Notes: a model not told the origin generated them from the letters alone. A DNA stretch of 64,000 bases from a bacterium (GCA_963662285.2 CAXXMV010000001.1:736001-800000); one strand, 5' to 3'. Shown: positions 49,777 through 60,734, counted from the first letter of the stretch. Numbers and translations are program-made.

Positions 49777-49805
49777 AACGTAATCTATAAGATACGCGGT
49801 GTCAA
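49777..49805 (-). promoter_or_regulatory. Sigma70 promoter of the TA operon with palindromic spacer (likely leaderless mRNA)
   Basis: TTGACA-N17-TACGTT; ATG 5 nt after the -10; imperfect palindrome GTATCTTATAGATTAC. Confidence 0.6.
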
Positions 49806-49849
49806 GTAAATTCTTTTGCGGTCTCAGTAATCTCAACGCGGTAGGTCAT
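49802..49849 (-). pseudogene. N-terminal remnant of a ParE/RelE toxin
   Basis: MTYRVEITETAKEFT*, overlapping the Phd stop as in Phd-ParE operons. Confidence 0.55.
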
Positions 49850-50128
49850 TTTGATCCAACAATTCGTTGAACACGGATTCGATAGATTGGATTTTTCCTT
49901 CTTGGATATCTTTAAGACTAGCTCTTAAACTCTTTACTGCCCTGGCAAATTCTATAGAATCCAAAATTTCTTGATAAGATTTAACATCTTGTAGAACAAT
50001 CGCAGATTTACCTTTTACGGTTAAAACCACCGGTGCAGTCTGCCGGTTTCTTTAATTTTTTCCATAAACTCCGCTGTATAGCGCTTGAAATTTGATAAAG
50101 AATCTATGTCATCAGACAAGTTAATCAT
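49833..50128 (-). pseudogene. Frameshifted Phd/YefM antitoxin
   Basis: MINLSDDIDSLSNFKRYTAEFMEKLK, frameshift around ACCGG-CAGACTGC-ACCGG, then PVVLTVKGKSAIVLQD..SYQ. Confidence 0.75.
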
Positions 50129-50551
50129 GGGGATGCCTTGCATTAAATTTGATTCATATTTAACGCTATATGGTTTTCATAGATAAAGCAAGATTTATTT
50201 TTAATGGGCGTAATGCAATTCATCCATATTCTGTACTATAGGATTTATACATATTCAATTTTATCCAACGACTTGGCTAGAACATTTATTAAATAATAAG
50301 ATATGATTATTCAACTAAAAGGATATTAGGCGTATAGTATGATGAGCAGGTAAAAAGTGGATGAAAGACGAAACTCAGATTACATCTTGTATCCAATTCT
50401 TATAAATTTCCACGAGTATTGTGATCATGAAAACAGTTTTTGACTTTTCACCGTTTCGTCATAGTATATGTAGCGGTTGAACTGTGTGATTCGTTGGTTA
50501 AAAGAAGCCATTTAGTGAATAGCTCTAAATGCCAGGATTTTTTGGATAAAT

Positions 50552-52690
50552 ATGAAAAACCAAATATTAAGCCGGTATGCTGTATTCTCAATCATAGGAC
50601 TGTGCGCTTTCGCCTTGTTTTTCTCTGCATCTTGCTCGAGAAATCAAACGGGAGAGTTATCCGGCGTTGTGCAATTGAGTAAACTGACCAATTCAGAAGG
50701 CGTACTGGTTTTTATCCCCGGTACGGAATATCGCGCTTTGACTGATTCCAACGGAGCTTTTTTAATCACCAACATCCCGCCAGGCGAGTATGTCATGACG
50801 GCGCAATCTGATGGTTACACCGAAATTCGTGAAGACGTTATCATCACTGCCGGAAGCCGGGCATCCATAGGTCCGTTTATCCTGACCAAACCGCATCAAC
50901 CTGAGGGAACCCTATCTGGATTTGTTACTCTGGAGGGCGAAAGAACCCATGAAGATGTACTGCTGATTCTGGTTGGCGACAAATATACCACCACCAGCAA
51001 CACCACTGGTTATTATCAAATAACAGGAATAGAACCCGGCGAGTATCTATTACTGGCCTTGAAAGAGAATTGGCTGCCGGTTTATAAAAGTGATATCAAA
51101 ATTAACGACGGCCTTGAAACTCAGGTCGAAAAATTTGAATTAAAGAAGCCGATTCTTGGTCCTACTCCAACCCCGGCGCCGCCAACTTTGGGCGACAAAA
51201 TTCTCCAGGGAATGGTCTTTCTGGAAGATGAAACCGATCATACCGGCATCAGCGTCGTGTTGGAGGATACGCCAGGCATATTTGCTATCACCGACGCCAG
51301 CGGAGCTTTTCGTATAACCGGACTGGATGAAGAAAAGCATAATCTGGTTTTGTCACATAACGGCTTCCTTGATGAAGTAATCTCTAACGCTATCCCAGTT
51401 GCCGCCGATTCTACTCAATCATGCGGTTTTGTCACGCTCCAGAAAGAATACAGACCGGAAGGCGTTGGCGTGCTGCAAGGGCATGTATATTTGGATGACC
51501 AACTGCAACATGGCAACACCACGGTTCAATTGGAGGGAATTTTTCCTTCGGTTTGGACTGACGCTGAGGGACGCTACAAAATCGTCGGCGTTCCCGCAGG
51601 CGTATATAGATTAATAGCCGGGCATCCAGGTTATGCCACCGGAACTCTGAGCGATATCATTATCAGAGGAAACTATGTTGAACAAGCGCCGGAACTTACT
51701 CTTAATCCTTCAGAAGATAATAATTCCGACGCTAAAGGTGAAATTGTCGGCCTGGCTTTATTGGAAGGAAAAGACGATCAGGGCGGAATCCTAGTCGCCA
51801 TTGAAGGAACTTCATTAATTTCGGTAACCGGGCCGGAAGGGAACTTTGCTTTTCCGGAAGTCCCGGTCGGCGCATATACTTTGATTTATACCAAAGGTGA
51901 ATACAAAACCCAATACCTTGTTGGCGTTCCGGTCAATGCCAACCAGACCACTCCCTTGCAACCGATGATGCTTCCACGGGATATCGAGCCGCCTTATGTA
52001 ATTGAAACTTATCCCCGCAATGGCGCCCGTAGAATCCCCATCAATGAATTTATCGACCTGATAATCCGTTTTAGTGAACGGATGGATGGCGGTTCAGTAA
52101 AAAGAGCCGTAAATATTGATCCTCCCGCCGCATTCGAGGCGTTTTTTGACCGGGAAAGTCAACTTTCTGATATGGATGCTCTCCATATACGCTTATTCAA
52201 CACGCCTGATATGCCGCTTAATTTTGAAACGCGCTATCGCGTGGTTATTGATACCCGCGCCAAAACTCCAACCGGAGTTCCAATGGCTGAACCTTTCGCA
52301 TTCCTGTTTACTACTGATGGGGCGTTGATCGTTAATAGCATACCGCAAAGAAATGATTCTCAATTCACGCTCAATTTAACTCAACAACTGGTGATCGAAA
52401 CCAATGCCGCAGTTGATCAGAAGGTTTTTGAACGATCCATCCGTTTTCGTCCAATGCCGGATTCAAAGCCCGAATATCAATTTATTCCCATCGGCGCGGG
52501 AACCAGAATATTGATTAACGCCAATCTTCGACCAAATACCCGTTATCGCATTCAAATTACCAACTCGCTACGGACTTTAGATGGACATAAATTCACCAAC
52601 ACCCCTTATACGCTTAACTTCAGTACTGTAGACGCCCCGGATTTCGATGACCAACAGTCTTCGAGGCGCTCTTCACGAAGAAGGCGGTAA
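50552..52690 (+). CDS. Lipoprotein with four carboxypeptidase-regulatory-like repeats and C-terminal Ig-like (Big_5) domains
   Basis: FSASC lipobox; repeated G.V.L.....H.G..V...G.....TD..G.F; PPYVIETYP.NG..I.I.FSE.MD. Confidence 0.8.
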   Translation: MKNQILSRYAVFSIIGLCAFALFFSASCSRNQTGELSGVVQLSKLTNSEGVLVFIPGTEYRALTDSNGAFLITNIPPGEYVMTAQSDGYTEIREDVIITAGSRASIGPFILTKPHQPEGTLSGFVTLEGERTHEDVLLILVGDKYTTTSNTTGYYQITGIEPGEYLLLALKENWLPVYKSDIKINDGLETQVEKFELKKPILGPTPTPAPPTLGDKILQGMVFLEDETDHTGISVVLEDTPGIFAITDASGAFRITGLDEEKHNLVLSHNGFLDEVISNAIPVAADSTQSCGFVTLQKEYRPEGVGVLQGHVYLDDQLQHGNTTVQLEGIFPSVWTDAEGRYKIVGVPAGVYRLIAGHPGYATGTLSDIIIRGNYVEQAPELTLNPSEDNNSDAKGEIVGLALLEGKDDQGGILVAIEGTSLISVTGPEGNFAFPEVPVGAYTLIYTKGEYKTQYLVGVPVNANQTTPLQPMMLPRDIEPPYVIETYPRNGARRIPINEFIDLIIRFSERMDGGSVKRAVNIDPPAAFEAFFDRESQLSDMDALHIRLFNTPDMPLNFETRYRVVIDTRAKTPTGVPMAEPFAFLFTTDGALIVNSIPQRNDSQFTLNLTQQLVIETNAAVDQKVFERSIRFRPMPDSKPEYQFIPIGAGTRILINANLRPNTRYRIQITNSLRTLDGHKFTNTPYTLNFSTVDAPDFDDQQSSRRSSRRRR

Positions 52691-52735
52691 ATTTCAAATA
52701 ATTGATTCAACTTACATCATCCTATTATCTGTATA

Positions 52736-52764
52736 TTGACGTCCCAATTCGATTCGGCTACTAT
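52736..52764 (+). promoter_or_regulatory. Sigma70-type promoter of rpsU
   Basis: TTGACG-N17-TACTAT. Confidence 0.6.
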
Positions 52765-52854
52765 TTTAGATCACTCGACAGGGCGAATATCTTTTCACGT
52801 CTTAATTATCCCTGGCTATATGCCAGCATCTTATAAGTAAAGGTTGTGATATAA

Positions 52855-53046
52855 TTGGTCGCAGTTGATGTCAAAGACGATGAGGATATTCAGATTGCGT
52901 TAAAGCGGTTCAAACGGAAATGCATCAAAGAAAGCATCCCGCAAGATATCCGTAAAAATGCATATTACGAAAAGCCAAGTGTCCGTAAACGTAAAAAACA
53001 CCTTAAAGCTGTCAAACGACAAAAGAAAAATCGAAGAGATCGATAA
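52855..53046 (+). CDS. rpsU: 30S ribosomal protein S21 (TTG start)
   Basis: ALKRFKRK, YYEKPSVRKRKK. Confidence 0.95.
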   Translation: MVAVDVKDDEDIQIALKRFKRKCIKESIPQDIRKNAYYEKPSVRKRKKHLKAVKRQKKNRRDR

Positions 53047-53102
53047 AATCCTTCGCCCATTAAAGTGTCGAGTATAAATAGGGAGCGTTTGCTCTCGTTA
53101 AA

Positions 53103-53129
53103 AAGAGGGAGGTATTTAACCTCCCTCTT
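53103..53129 (+). terminator. Hairpin downstream of rpsU
   Basis: AAGAGGGAGG / CCTCCCTCTT perfect stem. Confidence 0.6.
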
Positions 53130-53319
53130 CCTATGTTTATGATTATTTCGAATATTTGGCGTTTCAACCCACTTTGTCATAACTGATCGTCTTTCTATAC
53201 TTATATAGGTTGCCAATCTCTTTTGATGCGTCTACCGCTTTATTGTATATAAATTATCCTGAAAATGACTGATCGATTATGATTTGAATGTCAATTGAGA
53301 AAAAAGAGGTTATTGATAA

Positions 53320-53362
53320 CAACCCCCTCTTGAATTCTCCCCCAACTTGGGGGAGAGGGTTG
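53320..53362. repeat. REP-like repeat, same family as 17137-17185
   Basis: CAACCCCCTCTTGAATTCTCCCCCAACTTGGGGGAGAGGG. Confidence 0.7.
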
Positions 53363-53517
53363 ATGTCGGCAATCTTCGTAGAAGAATAAACAACAATATC
53401 AAATTCACTTTTTAGATTATGAATGAATTAGGACAGATATAACTCAACTGCTGTTAGTAGAATTATGTAAACCACTATAGATTATTTATATCGAAGATCA
53501 CTGAGGAAAGAATACTT

Positions 53518-56175
53518 ATGGATATTGCAAAACGTTACGACCCCGCCGGATCACGCGAAAAATGGTATGATTTCTGGCAGGACAACAACCTGTTTCACGC
53601 CGATGAGAGTAATGACAAACCCGCTTATTCTATCGTAATCCCTCCACCCAATGTTACTGGAAAACTACACATTGGACACGCGCTCAATAATACCCTGCAA
53701 GATATTCTGTGCCGCTGGAAGCGTATGGAGGGCGAAGAAGTACTTTGGATGCCGGGTACCGATCATGCGGGCATCGCCACCCAGAACGTCGTTGAAAAAC
53801 AACTGGCTCAAGAAGGCCTGACCCGCCATGACCTGGGTCGGGATAAGATGCTGGAACGCATCTGGACATGGAAGAAGGAATACGGCGACGCCATTATCCA
53901 TCAGTTAAAATACCTCGGCTCTTCCTGCGACTGGGATCGTACGCGCTTTACTCTGGATGAAGGTTTATCTCATGCGGTGCGAGAAGTTTTCGTTCGTTTA
54001 TATGAAGACGGCAGCCTTTACCGAGGCAATTATCTGGTCAATTGGTGCCCGCGCTGCCACACCACGCTTTCGGACGATGAAGTGGAATACACCGACTCAA
54101 ATGGCTCATTTTACTATATAAAATATCCATTCGCCGACGGTTCGGGCGATATGACTATCGCTACCACCCGACCGGAAACCATGCTGGGCGACACGGCTGT
54201 GGCGGTGCATCCTGAAGACGAACGCTATCAACACCTGGTCGGCAAAGAGATTCTGCTGCCCCTAATGAACCGTAAAATCCCTATTATTGCGGATTCCTAC
54301 GTTGATCCTGAATTCGGCGTCGGCGCCCTCAAGATCACCCCGGCTCATGATATCAACGACTTCGAAGTGGGCAAACGTCATAACCTGGAACAGATCAACA
54401 TCTTCAACGAAGACGCCACCATCAATGGAAACGGCGGCGTCTATGAGGGAATGGAGCGTTACCAAGCCCGTAAAAAAATTGTTGCAGACCTTAAAGAGCA
54501 AGGCTTGCTGATCAAGGTTGAAGATCACCAGAACAGGATTGGCGGCTGCTACCGTTGTAATACTAACGTTGAACCTTATCTTTCCCTACAATGGTTCATC
54601 AAAATGAAACCGTTGATGGAAGAGCCTATCAAGGCGGTGCGCGACGGGCGGGTTAAATTTATCCCCAAACAATGGGAAAACACTTATTTCTCCTGGGTCG
54701 AAAACGTGCGCGACTGGCCTGTCTCCCGACAAATCTGGTGGGGACACCGCATCCCGGTCTGGTATTGCGACGACTGCGGCGAGATGACTGTTCCCCGCGA
54801 AGACCCTGACTGCTGCGCTCATTGCCAGAGCAAGAACATCCGTCAGGATGAAGACGTACTCGATACCTGGTTCTCTTCAGCGCTATGGCCTTTCTCTACA
54901 ATGGGATGGCCTGATAAAACCAAGGAATTGGCTAAATTTTATCCCACCACTACGCTGGTCACCGGACATGACATCATCTATTTCTGGGTGGCGCGTATGA
55001 TTATGATGGGATTGTACATCATGGATGAAGTTCCCTTCAGCGACGTCTATATCACAGCTTTGGTGCGTGATGCGCAGGGACGCAAGATGTCCAAATCCCT
55101 GGGAAACGCGATTAACCCCATAGATGTGATCGATAAATACGGCTGCGATTCGGTGCGCTTCACCCTGGCTATCATGGCCGCCCAGGGACGCAGCATTAAC
55201 CTGGATGAAGAACGCATTGAGGGATACCGCAACTTCACCAATAAAATATGGAACGCCACCCGCCTGATCCTGGCATCCATCGAAGAAGGCGAAGTTCTCT
55301 CCGGCGAGGCGCCGCAGGATAAACTGGAGTGGGCGGACCGCTGGATTCTATCGCGGCTGCAACACGCCATAGACGCCGTGCGCAAGGGGATGGAAGAATA
55401 TAAGTTCAACGATGCATCCGAAGCGCTCTATCATTTCGTGTGGCATGAGTACTGCGACTGGTATCTGGAACTGATTAAACCGCGCTTGTACGGCGATGAT
55501 CTGGAAGCCCGGCTGGTGGTGAAGAAAGTGGCCTTCCAGGTGCTGGAATGCGCCCTGCGTATGCTGCATCCCTTCATTCCATTTATAACCGAAGAATTAT
55601 GGCAGATACTCAAAACCCTGGGCATCCCCCATGAAGACGCTATCAGCATCATGAAGACCAGTTACCCCAAATCGGATCAATCGGCCATTGATGATGCGCT
55701 GGAAGCGGATGTCGAGAAATTCCAGAAGTTCATCTACGTAATCCGAAATATCCGCGGCGAGTTGAATATCGCTCCCGGACTGGAGACCAAGGTTGAATTC
55801 AAAATCTCTGATAGTGCTGATGAGGAATTTTTGAAGAGATACTATCCCCTCATCGCAACCCTGTGCAAAATAAACCAGGACCTCAGCGCCAGCGCCGATC
55901 TGGAACCCAATCCTGCATCATCAGTGGGTATGGTGGATGGCTGCGAACTGCGCGTGCTGTGGCCCGCCGAAGTGGAAGAGAAAGAGATCCAACGCCTGCA
56001 AAAACAGGTCGAGCAACTCAACAAAGTCATCATGGGACGCGAGAAGAAATTATCCAACAAAAATTACGTCGACCGCGCTCCCGAAAAAGTCGTGCAGATA
56101 GAACGCGACAAATGCCAAAGCGAAATGCAGGAATGCGAACGATTGAAGAAGCAACTGGAGATTTTGGCGAAGTGA
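53518..56175 (+). CDS. valS: Valine--tRNA ligase
   Basis: PPPNVTGKLHIGH, GTDHAGIATQ, SRQIWWGHRIP, DTWFSS, KMSKS, C-terminal coiled coil. Confidence 0.98.
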   Translation: MDIAKRYDPAGSREKWYDFWQDNNLFHADESNDKPAYSIVIPPPNVTGKLHIGHALNNTLQDILCRWKRMEGEEVLWMPGTDHAGIATQNVVEKQLAQEGLTRHDLGRDKMLERIWTWKKEYGDAIIHQLKYLGSSCDWDRTRFTLDEGLSHAVREVFVRLYEDGSLYRGNYLVNWCPRCHTTLSDDEVEYTDSNGSFYYIKYPFADGSGDMTIATTRPETMLGDTAVAVHPEDERYQHLVGKEILLPLMNRKIPIIADSYVDPEFGVGALKITPAHDINDFEVGKRHNLEQINIFNEDATINGNGGVYEGMERYQARKKIVADLKEQGLLIKVEDHQNRIGGCYRCNTNVEPYLSLQWFIKMKPLMEEPIKAVRDGRVKFIPKQWENTYFSWVENVRDWPVSRQIWWGHRIPVWYCDDCGEMTVPREDPDCCAHCQSKNIRQDEDVLDTWFSSALWPFSTMGWPDKTKELAKFYPTTTLVTGHDIIYFWVARMIMMGLYIMDEVPFSDVYITALVRDAQGRKMSKSLGNAINPIDVIDKYGCDSVRFTLAIMAAQGRSINLDEERIEGYRNFTNKIWNATRLILASIEEGEVLSGEAPQDKLEWADRWILSRLQHAIDAVRKGMEEYKFNDASEALYHFVWHEYCDWYLELIKPRLYGDDLEARLVVKKVAFQVLECALRMLHPFIPFITEELWQILKTLGIPHEDAISIMKTSYPKSDQSAIDDALEADVEKFQKFIYVIRNIRGELNIAPGLETKVEFKISDSADEEFLKRYYPLIATLCKINQDLSASADLEPNPASSVGMVDGCELRVLWPAEVEEKEIQRLQKQVEQLNKVIMGREKKLSNKNYVDRAPEKVVQIERDKCQSEMQECERLKKQLEILAK

Positions 56176-56216
56176 TGGATTGATTAAAGTGGAGAGATAT
56201 TAAAGGCGCGATGGGA

Positions 56217-56912
56217 TTAATCCTGTTGCGCTCTTTTTTCTAAAGTACTTTCCACTTTGTTTATGAGTTCACAACAAAAAGTGTTACAAGCAAGAACTAA
56301 TTCATTTATCGGAATTCTTGAATAATCAATTTCAACATTTCTCGCATCAATATACCATTTCTCACATAATTCTTCATTGATATTGTCACAAGGATTTTTT
56401 TTATTCAACTCATAACTCCCATTATTATGTTTAAAGGCATTGTTGAGTATCCGAATCGCGTTAACCGTATTAAGTTCTTTGATTTCATCCAGTTTGATAC
56501 CGACTTTTTTAAAATAATCTTTAATAACACAGGCTTTATGAAGTTTATCGTCACTTACTCCGTTTTTTAAATATTCTGAACATATTCTAATCAAACCTTT
56601 AAAAAAGAATTCTAATTCCGCCCACATGGATACAATAAGGGCAGCATACATGCTCTTCGTGATACGGGATAAACGATAATAATCTTCAGAATACCAATCA
56701 TCTGGGAAATTTTCATTTTTTGATTTCTCAATGAATTCAGATAGAATTTTTTCTTCATTATCGCGTCCCTTTTTAATTCGGTTTTCCCAAGCAGCCCATA
56801 TTGATCCATTGTATGAATTTGGGAAGGTGTTATCGATACTTATAATCTCCATGCCCTTCAAGTGATGTTTCCATCCAGTATGGAAAACCTTACTTCTTGA
56901 ATCATTTCCCAT
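56217..56912 (-). CDS. AT-rich hypothetical protein, HEPN-like
   Basis: LIVSMWAELE and R.LNNAFKHNNG resemble HEPN motifs; GGAGG RBS. Confidence 0.55.
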   Translation of the reverse strand: MGNDSRSKVFHTGWKHHLKGMEIISIDNTFPNSYNGSIWAAWENRIKKGRDNEEKILSEFIEKSKNENFPDDWYSEDYYRLSRITKSMYAALIVSMWAELEFFFKGLIRICSEYLKNGVSDDKLHKACVIKDYFKKVGIKLDEIKELNTVNAIRILNNAFKHNNGSYELNKKNPCDNINEELCEKWYIDARNVEIDYSRIPINELVLACNTFCCELINKVESTLEKRAQQD

Positions 56913-57118
56913 GCCACACCTCCATAATCTATATTAATTTGACATCTTAAGAATTAATTGTACTCCAGTGTTCGATTAAATAATAAAAACACTCTTTGAT
57001 TTTTTTAATTTAAACATGTATCATAATAGTAGCGACTAGATGCTCGTTCCAAAAAGCGAGTTTCTCTTTTTGAGACTAGTCGTTCCGAATTTTATGTCCT
57101 CGCTAACCGTTAAGCCAT

Positions 57119-57195
57119 GTAGTGTGGTCACGTTTTACCGATCCACTAGTAATAAATTGTTGATTCGGTGGGTCATAAAACGCGACCCACCCTAC
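57119..57195. repeat. Inverted pair of GTAG-type REPs
   Basis: GTAGTGTGGTC..GATCCAC and GGTGGGTC..GACCCACCCTAC. Confidence 0.6.
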
Positions 57196-57215
57196 GAGGC
57201 TGCAACTTTAATACA

Positions 57216-58001
57216 TCACAAAGGACGAATCCACACGCTGTAGTAGCGTACCGGATTGCCGTGATCCTGTAGGTATAGAGGTCCCTTGTCGGCGGCGCCT
57301 TTTAGTGGGGCGGCGGTGGTTGGTTCGATTCCAACGGGGATGTGATCCTGGATTAGTACGCCGTTATGCAGCACGGTGAATGATCCGGGGATGACTTTAC
57401 CATCGGCCTGTTGCTTGGGCGCGTGGAAGATGATGTCGTAGGTCTGTTTCTCTCCCGGTTTGCGGCATACGTTTACCAGTGGGGGATAGTGTCCATAGAA
57501 AGCGCCGCACTGGCCGTCCGGATAGGTTTTGTTATTGTAGTTATCGAGTATCTGGATTTCGTAGCGCCCCATAAGATAGACGCCGCTGTTGCCGCGTCCC
57601 TGATCCTTGCCTTCTACTTTTGAGGGAGACGACCATTCGACGTGCAATTGGCAATCGGTAAATTCCTCTTTAGAGAAAAGCCCTCCGTGGGGGGTGGTTT
57701 CCATAAAACCGTTGCCCAGATTCCATTTAGGTTCAGGGCTGTTTTGTCCACGGAACTTGGACATGTCCTTGCCGTCAAACAACACGATGGCATCCGCTGG
57801 CGGACCGCCGATTGGACCGGGATCAACCACGGTAGGCTCTGGCGCCTTGTCGGTTTCTGCGGCAAACGAGACTCCGGAGAAAAGTAATCCCATGAAAACG
57901 ACTGTACTTATTAATACTGTTAAACCAAATACTTTTTTCATATCCCAAACCTCAATTTCTATTAGATAAATACTCAGATTAATGTTAACATGTATTATCA
58001 T
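57216..58001 (-). CDS. DUF1080 / 3-keto-disaccharide hydrolase family secreted protein
   Basis: PADAIVLFDG, LHVEW, GNSGVY..GRYEIQILD, LQDHGNPVRY. Confidence 0.9.
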   Translation of the reverse strand: MIIHVNINLSIYLIEIEVWDMKKVFGLTVLISTVVFMGLLFSGVSFAAETDKAPEPTVVDPGPIGGPPADAIVLFDGKDMSKFRGQNSPEPKWNLGNGFMETTPHGGLFSKEEFTDCQLHVEWSSPSKVEGKDQGRGNSGVYLMGRYEIQILDNYNNKTYPDGQCGAFYGHYPPLVNVCRKPGEKQTYDIIFHAPKQQADGKVIPGSFTVLHNGVLIQDHIPVGIEPTTAAPLKGAADKGPLYLQDHGNPVRYYSVWIRPL

Positions 58002-58216
58002 TACATCAATATCAAACCAAGTTATTTGGAGTTTCCTAAAATACTAATCTGGGCGCCAAGGTGAAGTCAAAGCCAATATACAAAATCATAAGTAATAAAA
58101 TCAAAGGCTGACCTCTTAACGGTCTTGCCATTGGTGTACACGCTGCATAGCACTGGTATACCTATTACATGTGAAATTAATATGTTATTTACTTTAATTT
58201 CACCTATTAAACATTT

Positions 58217-58489
58217 TCAATCTCCACCATCCCCTCCATCCCCTCCGAAATCAAACCAATCTACACCACCATCACCTCTATTGCTTTTATCTATTTTTTT
58301 TAATACTATAAGAACAGGTGCACAAACAACTACGATTAGAATTACGAATGCATAGAATGGGATATTATTATACAATAAAAGGTAATAATACCGATTATAA
58401 TAAAAACGATCATATATCCCGAAAATAAACACTATAAAAGCAACGGCAATATAGATTTGTAAGATTAGGTTAAATATAAAAGTTTTCAT
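58217..58489 (-). CDS. Small two-TM membrane protein with Gly/Asp-rich tail
   Basis: Two hydrophobic segments, GDGGDGGD C-terminus, very AT-rich. Confidence 0.55.
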   Translation of the reverse strand: MKTFIFNLILQIYIAVAFIVFIFGIYDRFYYNRYYYLLLYNNIPFYAFVILIVVVCAPVLIVLKKIDKSNRGDGGVDWFDFGGDGGDGGD

Positions 58490-58860
58490 TTTTCAATATC
58501 CGTGGCGCTCACGCTCCGCATATACGTAACATTCAAAATTTATTATCAAAATCATGATTTGTTATAAGACTATTCATCTCATAGACCATCTACTATCTCA
58601 TATCTGACCAATCAAATCAATTAAAAATTGGCTATAATTATCCACTTATACATATAAAATTCCAGATCACGAATTTCATCATTAGAATTTTTGCACTACG
58701 CGACGCGCCTTGTTGAAACGCTTTGCTTTTAGACCGTCTACCTAACTGAATTTATTGTTTTTTCTAGACTAAAAAAAACTAATTCAAATAATTTTAAATA
58801 TTTTAAGCGGATGCCTCGTAATAGTATCGGCTAATTGCGTAAAATCGATTACTTAAGATA

Positions 58861-60639
58861 GTGGAATGGAGAAGTGTGATGCTACGTAGATTTATTACTC
58901 TTTTGTGCTTTGGATTTATTGCTGCCCTTCAAACAGCGAATGCTGACGAACCGCTTCCACCTGTTGCGCAATGGTTTCCCCAGGATGCGATTCTCACGCT
59001 TGAAATATCTAAAACCACGGATTTGCTGGACTTGGTTCTCAGCCCCATATTGATTAAGGCGGTTACATCTACGCCTGCTTATCAAAATGCGGCTTCTCAA
59101 ACAGGCTTTAAGGAATTCCAGGGAGTAATTCAATATTTAGAGACAATCCTGGGGATTGACTGGAAGTCGGCAGTACAAAAACTGCTGGGCAAAGGGGTGA
59201 CTTTAGCCTTTCTTCCAGATGAGGCTTTCTTGTTGGCAATAGATGCGGAAGACGAGGATTTACTAAAACAACTGCATGATACATTGCTTGGTTTTGCTAA
59301 GGATGATGCTATTAAAAAAGGGGAACCGGATAAAGTCGAATCCAAAGAGTATCAAGGAGTAACAGGTTGGACCTTGGATGGGAAAGAAGCCCACGTCATC
59401 ATTGGCAACCGCCTCCTGTATTCTAATAAATCGAAAGTTCTCAAAGATGTACTTGATAGACGTGCGGGACTGATTAACCAAAACCTTACAGAAAACCAGG
59501 TATATCAATCAGCAAAAAAAACCGTTAACGCCGATGCCGCGCTCTCGATTTTCCTTCGCCTGGATATCCTGAATAAACTGCCTCAAATGCAGAAGGCCTT
59601 AGCACAGAATATGAATCCTTTGTTAGCCTTGCTTCTTGCTGAAATACCTGAGGCCATACAAAAATCAAACTGGTTATCGCTTGCTTTGGATGTTAGTGAG
59701 GAGACATTATCTCTGAACGCTAGCATGGATGGTATGCTTAGCGATACTGCGGGGCCAATGACGTTCGCACGGCCAGATAAATCCAATAATGGAGCGCCGC
59801 CTATTCTAACAGTTCCCCGGCAGATCGCCGGCATCAGTTTCTACCGTGATTTATATAAATTCTATGCTGCTAAAGATGATTTATTCCCCGAGCGGACATC
59901 CGGCCTGATATTCTTTGAAAACATGATGGGGATATTCTTTACTGGCAGAGATTTGACTGAAGAAGTCTGGAAAGAAACAAAACCCGAAATCAGGATTGTC
60001 GCCGCCAAGCAGGAATATGATCCATCCATCGGGATCCCTGGTACTCAGTTTCCTGCATTCGCCGTCATCTTCAAACTCCATAATCCCCAAAAATTTGGCG
60101 AAGTCGTCGAAGAAGCATGGCAAAAAGCGATTGGTTTGATCAATTTTACCAGGGGACAGCAAGCACAACCCGGATTACTGATTGACAGACCGGTTTACAA
60201 TGATATAAAAATAACCTCGACCTATTTCTCCTCAGTTCAAGAGGAAAAGAAAACCAACCTGGACACGCGTTACAATTTTCAGCCCACGCTGGCGAGGATT
60301 GATGATAATTTGATCTTTAGTTCTACAGACCAGCTGGCGAAAGATTTGATCGACAGCCTGAAAAAGGAAAAAGAACAATCTGTGGAGTCATTAAAAAATA
60401 CTCATAGCGTCGTTGAACTTGATGCGGTTCAAATATCCTCGATCTTGAAAACCAACCGCGAGACTATGGTTCGTCAGAATATGGTTGAAAAAGGAATTTC
60501 AAGGGAAGACGCTGAAACGGAATTTGACTTGTTGACGTATGTAATAAATTACCTGGGACACGCCAGTCTAAATGTAGGAACCCAAAAGGCTCATACAAAT
60601 GCAAAATTGGAAATCAAACTTAATCTTCCTAACCAATAA
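58861..60639 (+). CDS. Secreted hypothetical protein preceding DUF1800/DUF1501
   Basis: Signal peptide; 592 aa ORF co-oriented with the DUF1800-DUF1501 pair. Confidence 0.7.
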   Translation: MEWRSVMLRRFITLLCFGFIAALQTANADEPLPPVAQWFPQDAILTLEISKTTDLLDLVLSPILIKAVTSTPAYQNAASQTGFKEFQGVIQYLETILGIDWKSAVQKLLGKGVTLAFLPDEAFLLAIDAEDEDLLKQLHDTLLGFAKDDAIKKGEPDKVESKEYQGVTGWTLDGKEAHVIIGNRLLYSNKSKVLKDVLDRRAGLINQNLTENQVYQSAKKTVNADAALSIFLRLDILNKLPQMQKALAQNMNPLLALLLAEIPEAIQKSNWLSLALDVSEETLSLNASMDGMLSDTAGPMTFARPDKSNNGAPPILTVPRQIAGISFYRDLYKFYAAKDDLFPERTSGLIFFENMMGIFFTGRDLTEEVWKETKPEIRIVAAKQEYDPSIGIPGTQFPAFAVIFKLHNPQKFGEVVEEAWQKAIGLINFTRGQQAQPGLLIDRPVYNDIKITSTYFSSVQEEKKTNLDTRYNFQPTLARIDDNLIFSSTDQLAKDLIDSLKKEKEQSVESLKNTHSVVELDAVQISSILKTNRETMVRQNMVEKGISREDAETEFDLLTYVINYLGHASLNVGTQKAHTNAKLEIKLNLPNQ

Positions 60640-60734
60640 ATTTGTTAGTTTCAGCGGAGTAATTGAATTGCATGCAGTATATCAAGAGATCAGAACATTA
60701 TTATGAAAAACAATCTAGATAATGAGGTTAAGTA

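Noticed and set aside
53046-53518. T-box leader upstream of valS
   Set aside because: No T-box GGTGGNACC motif; only a hairpin and a REP-like repeat
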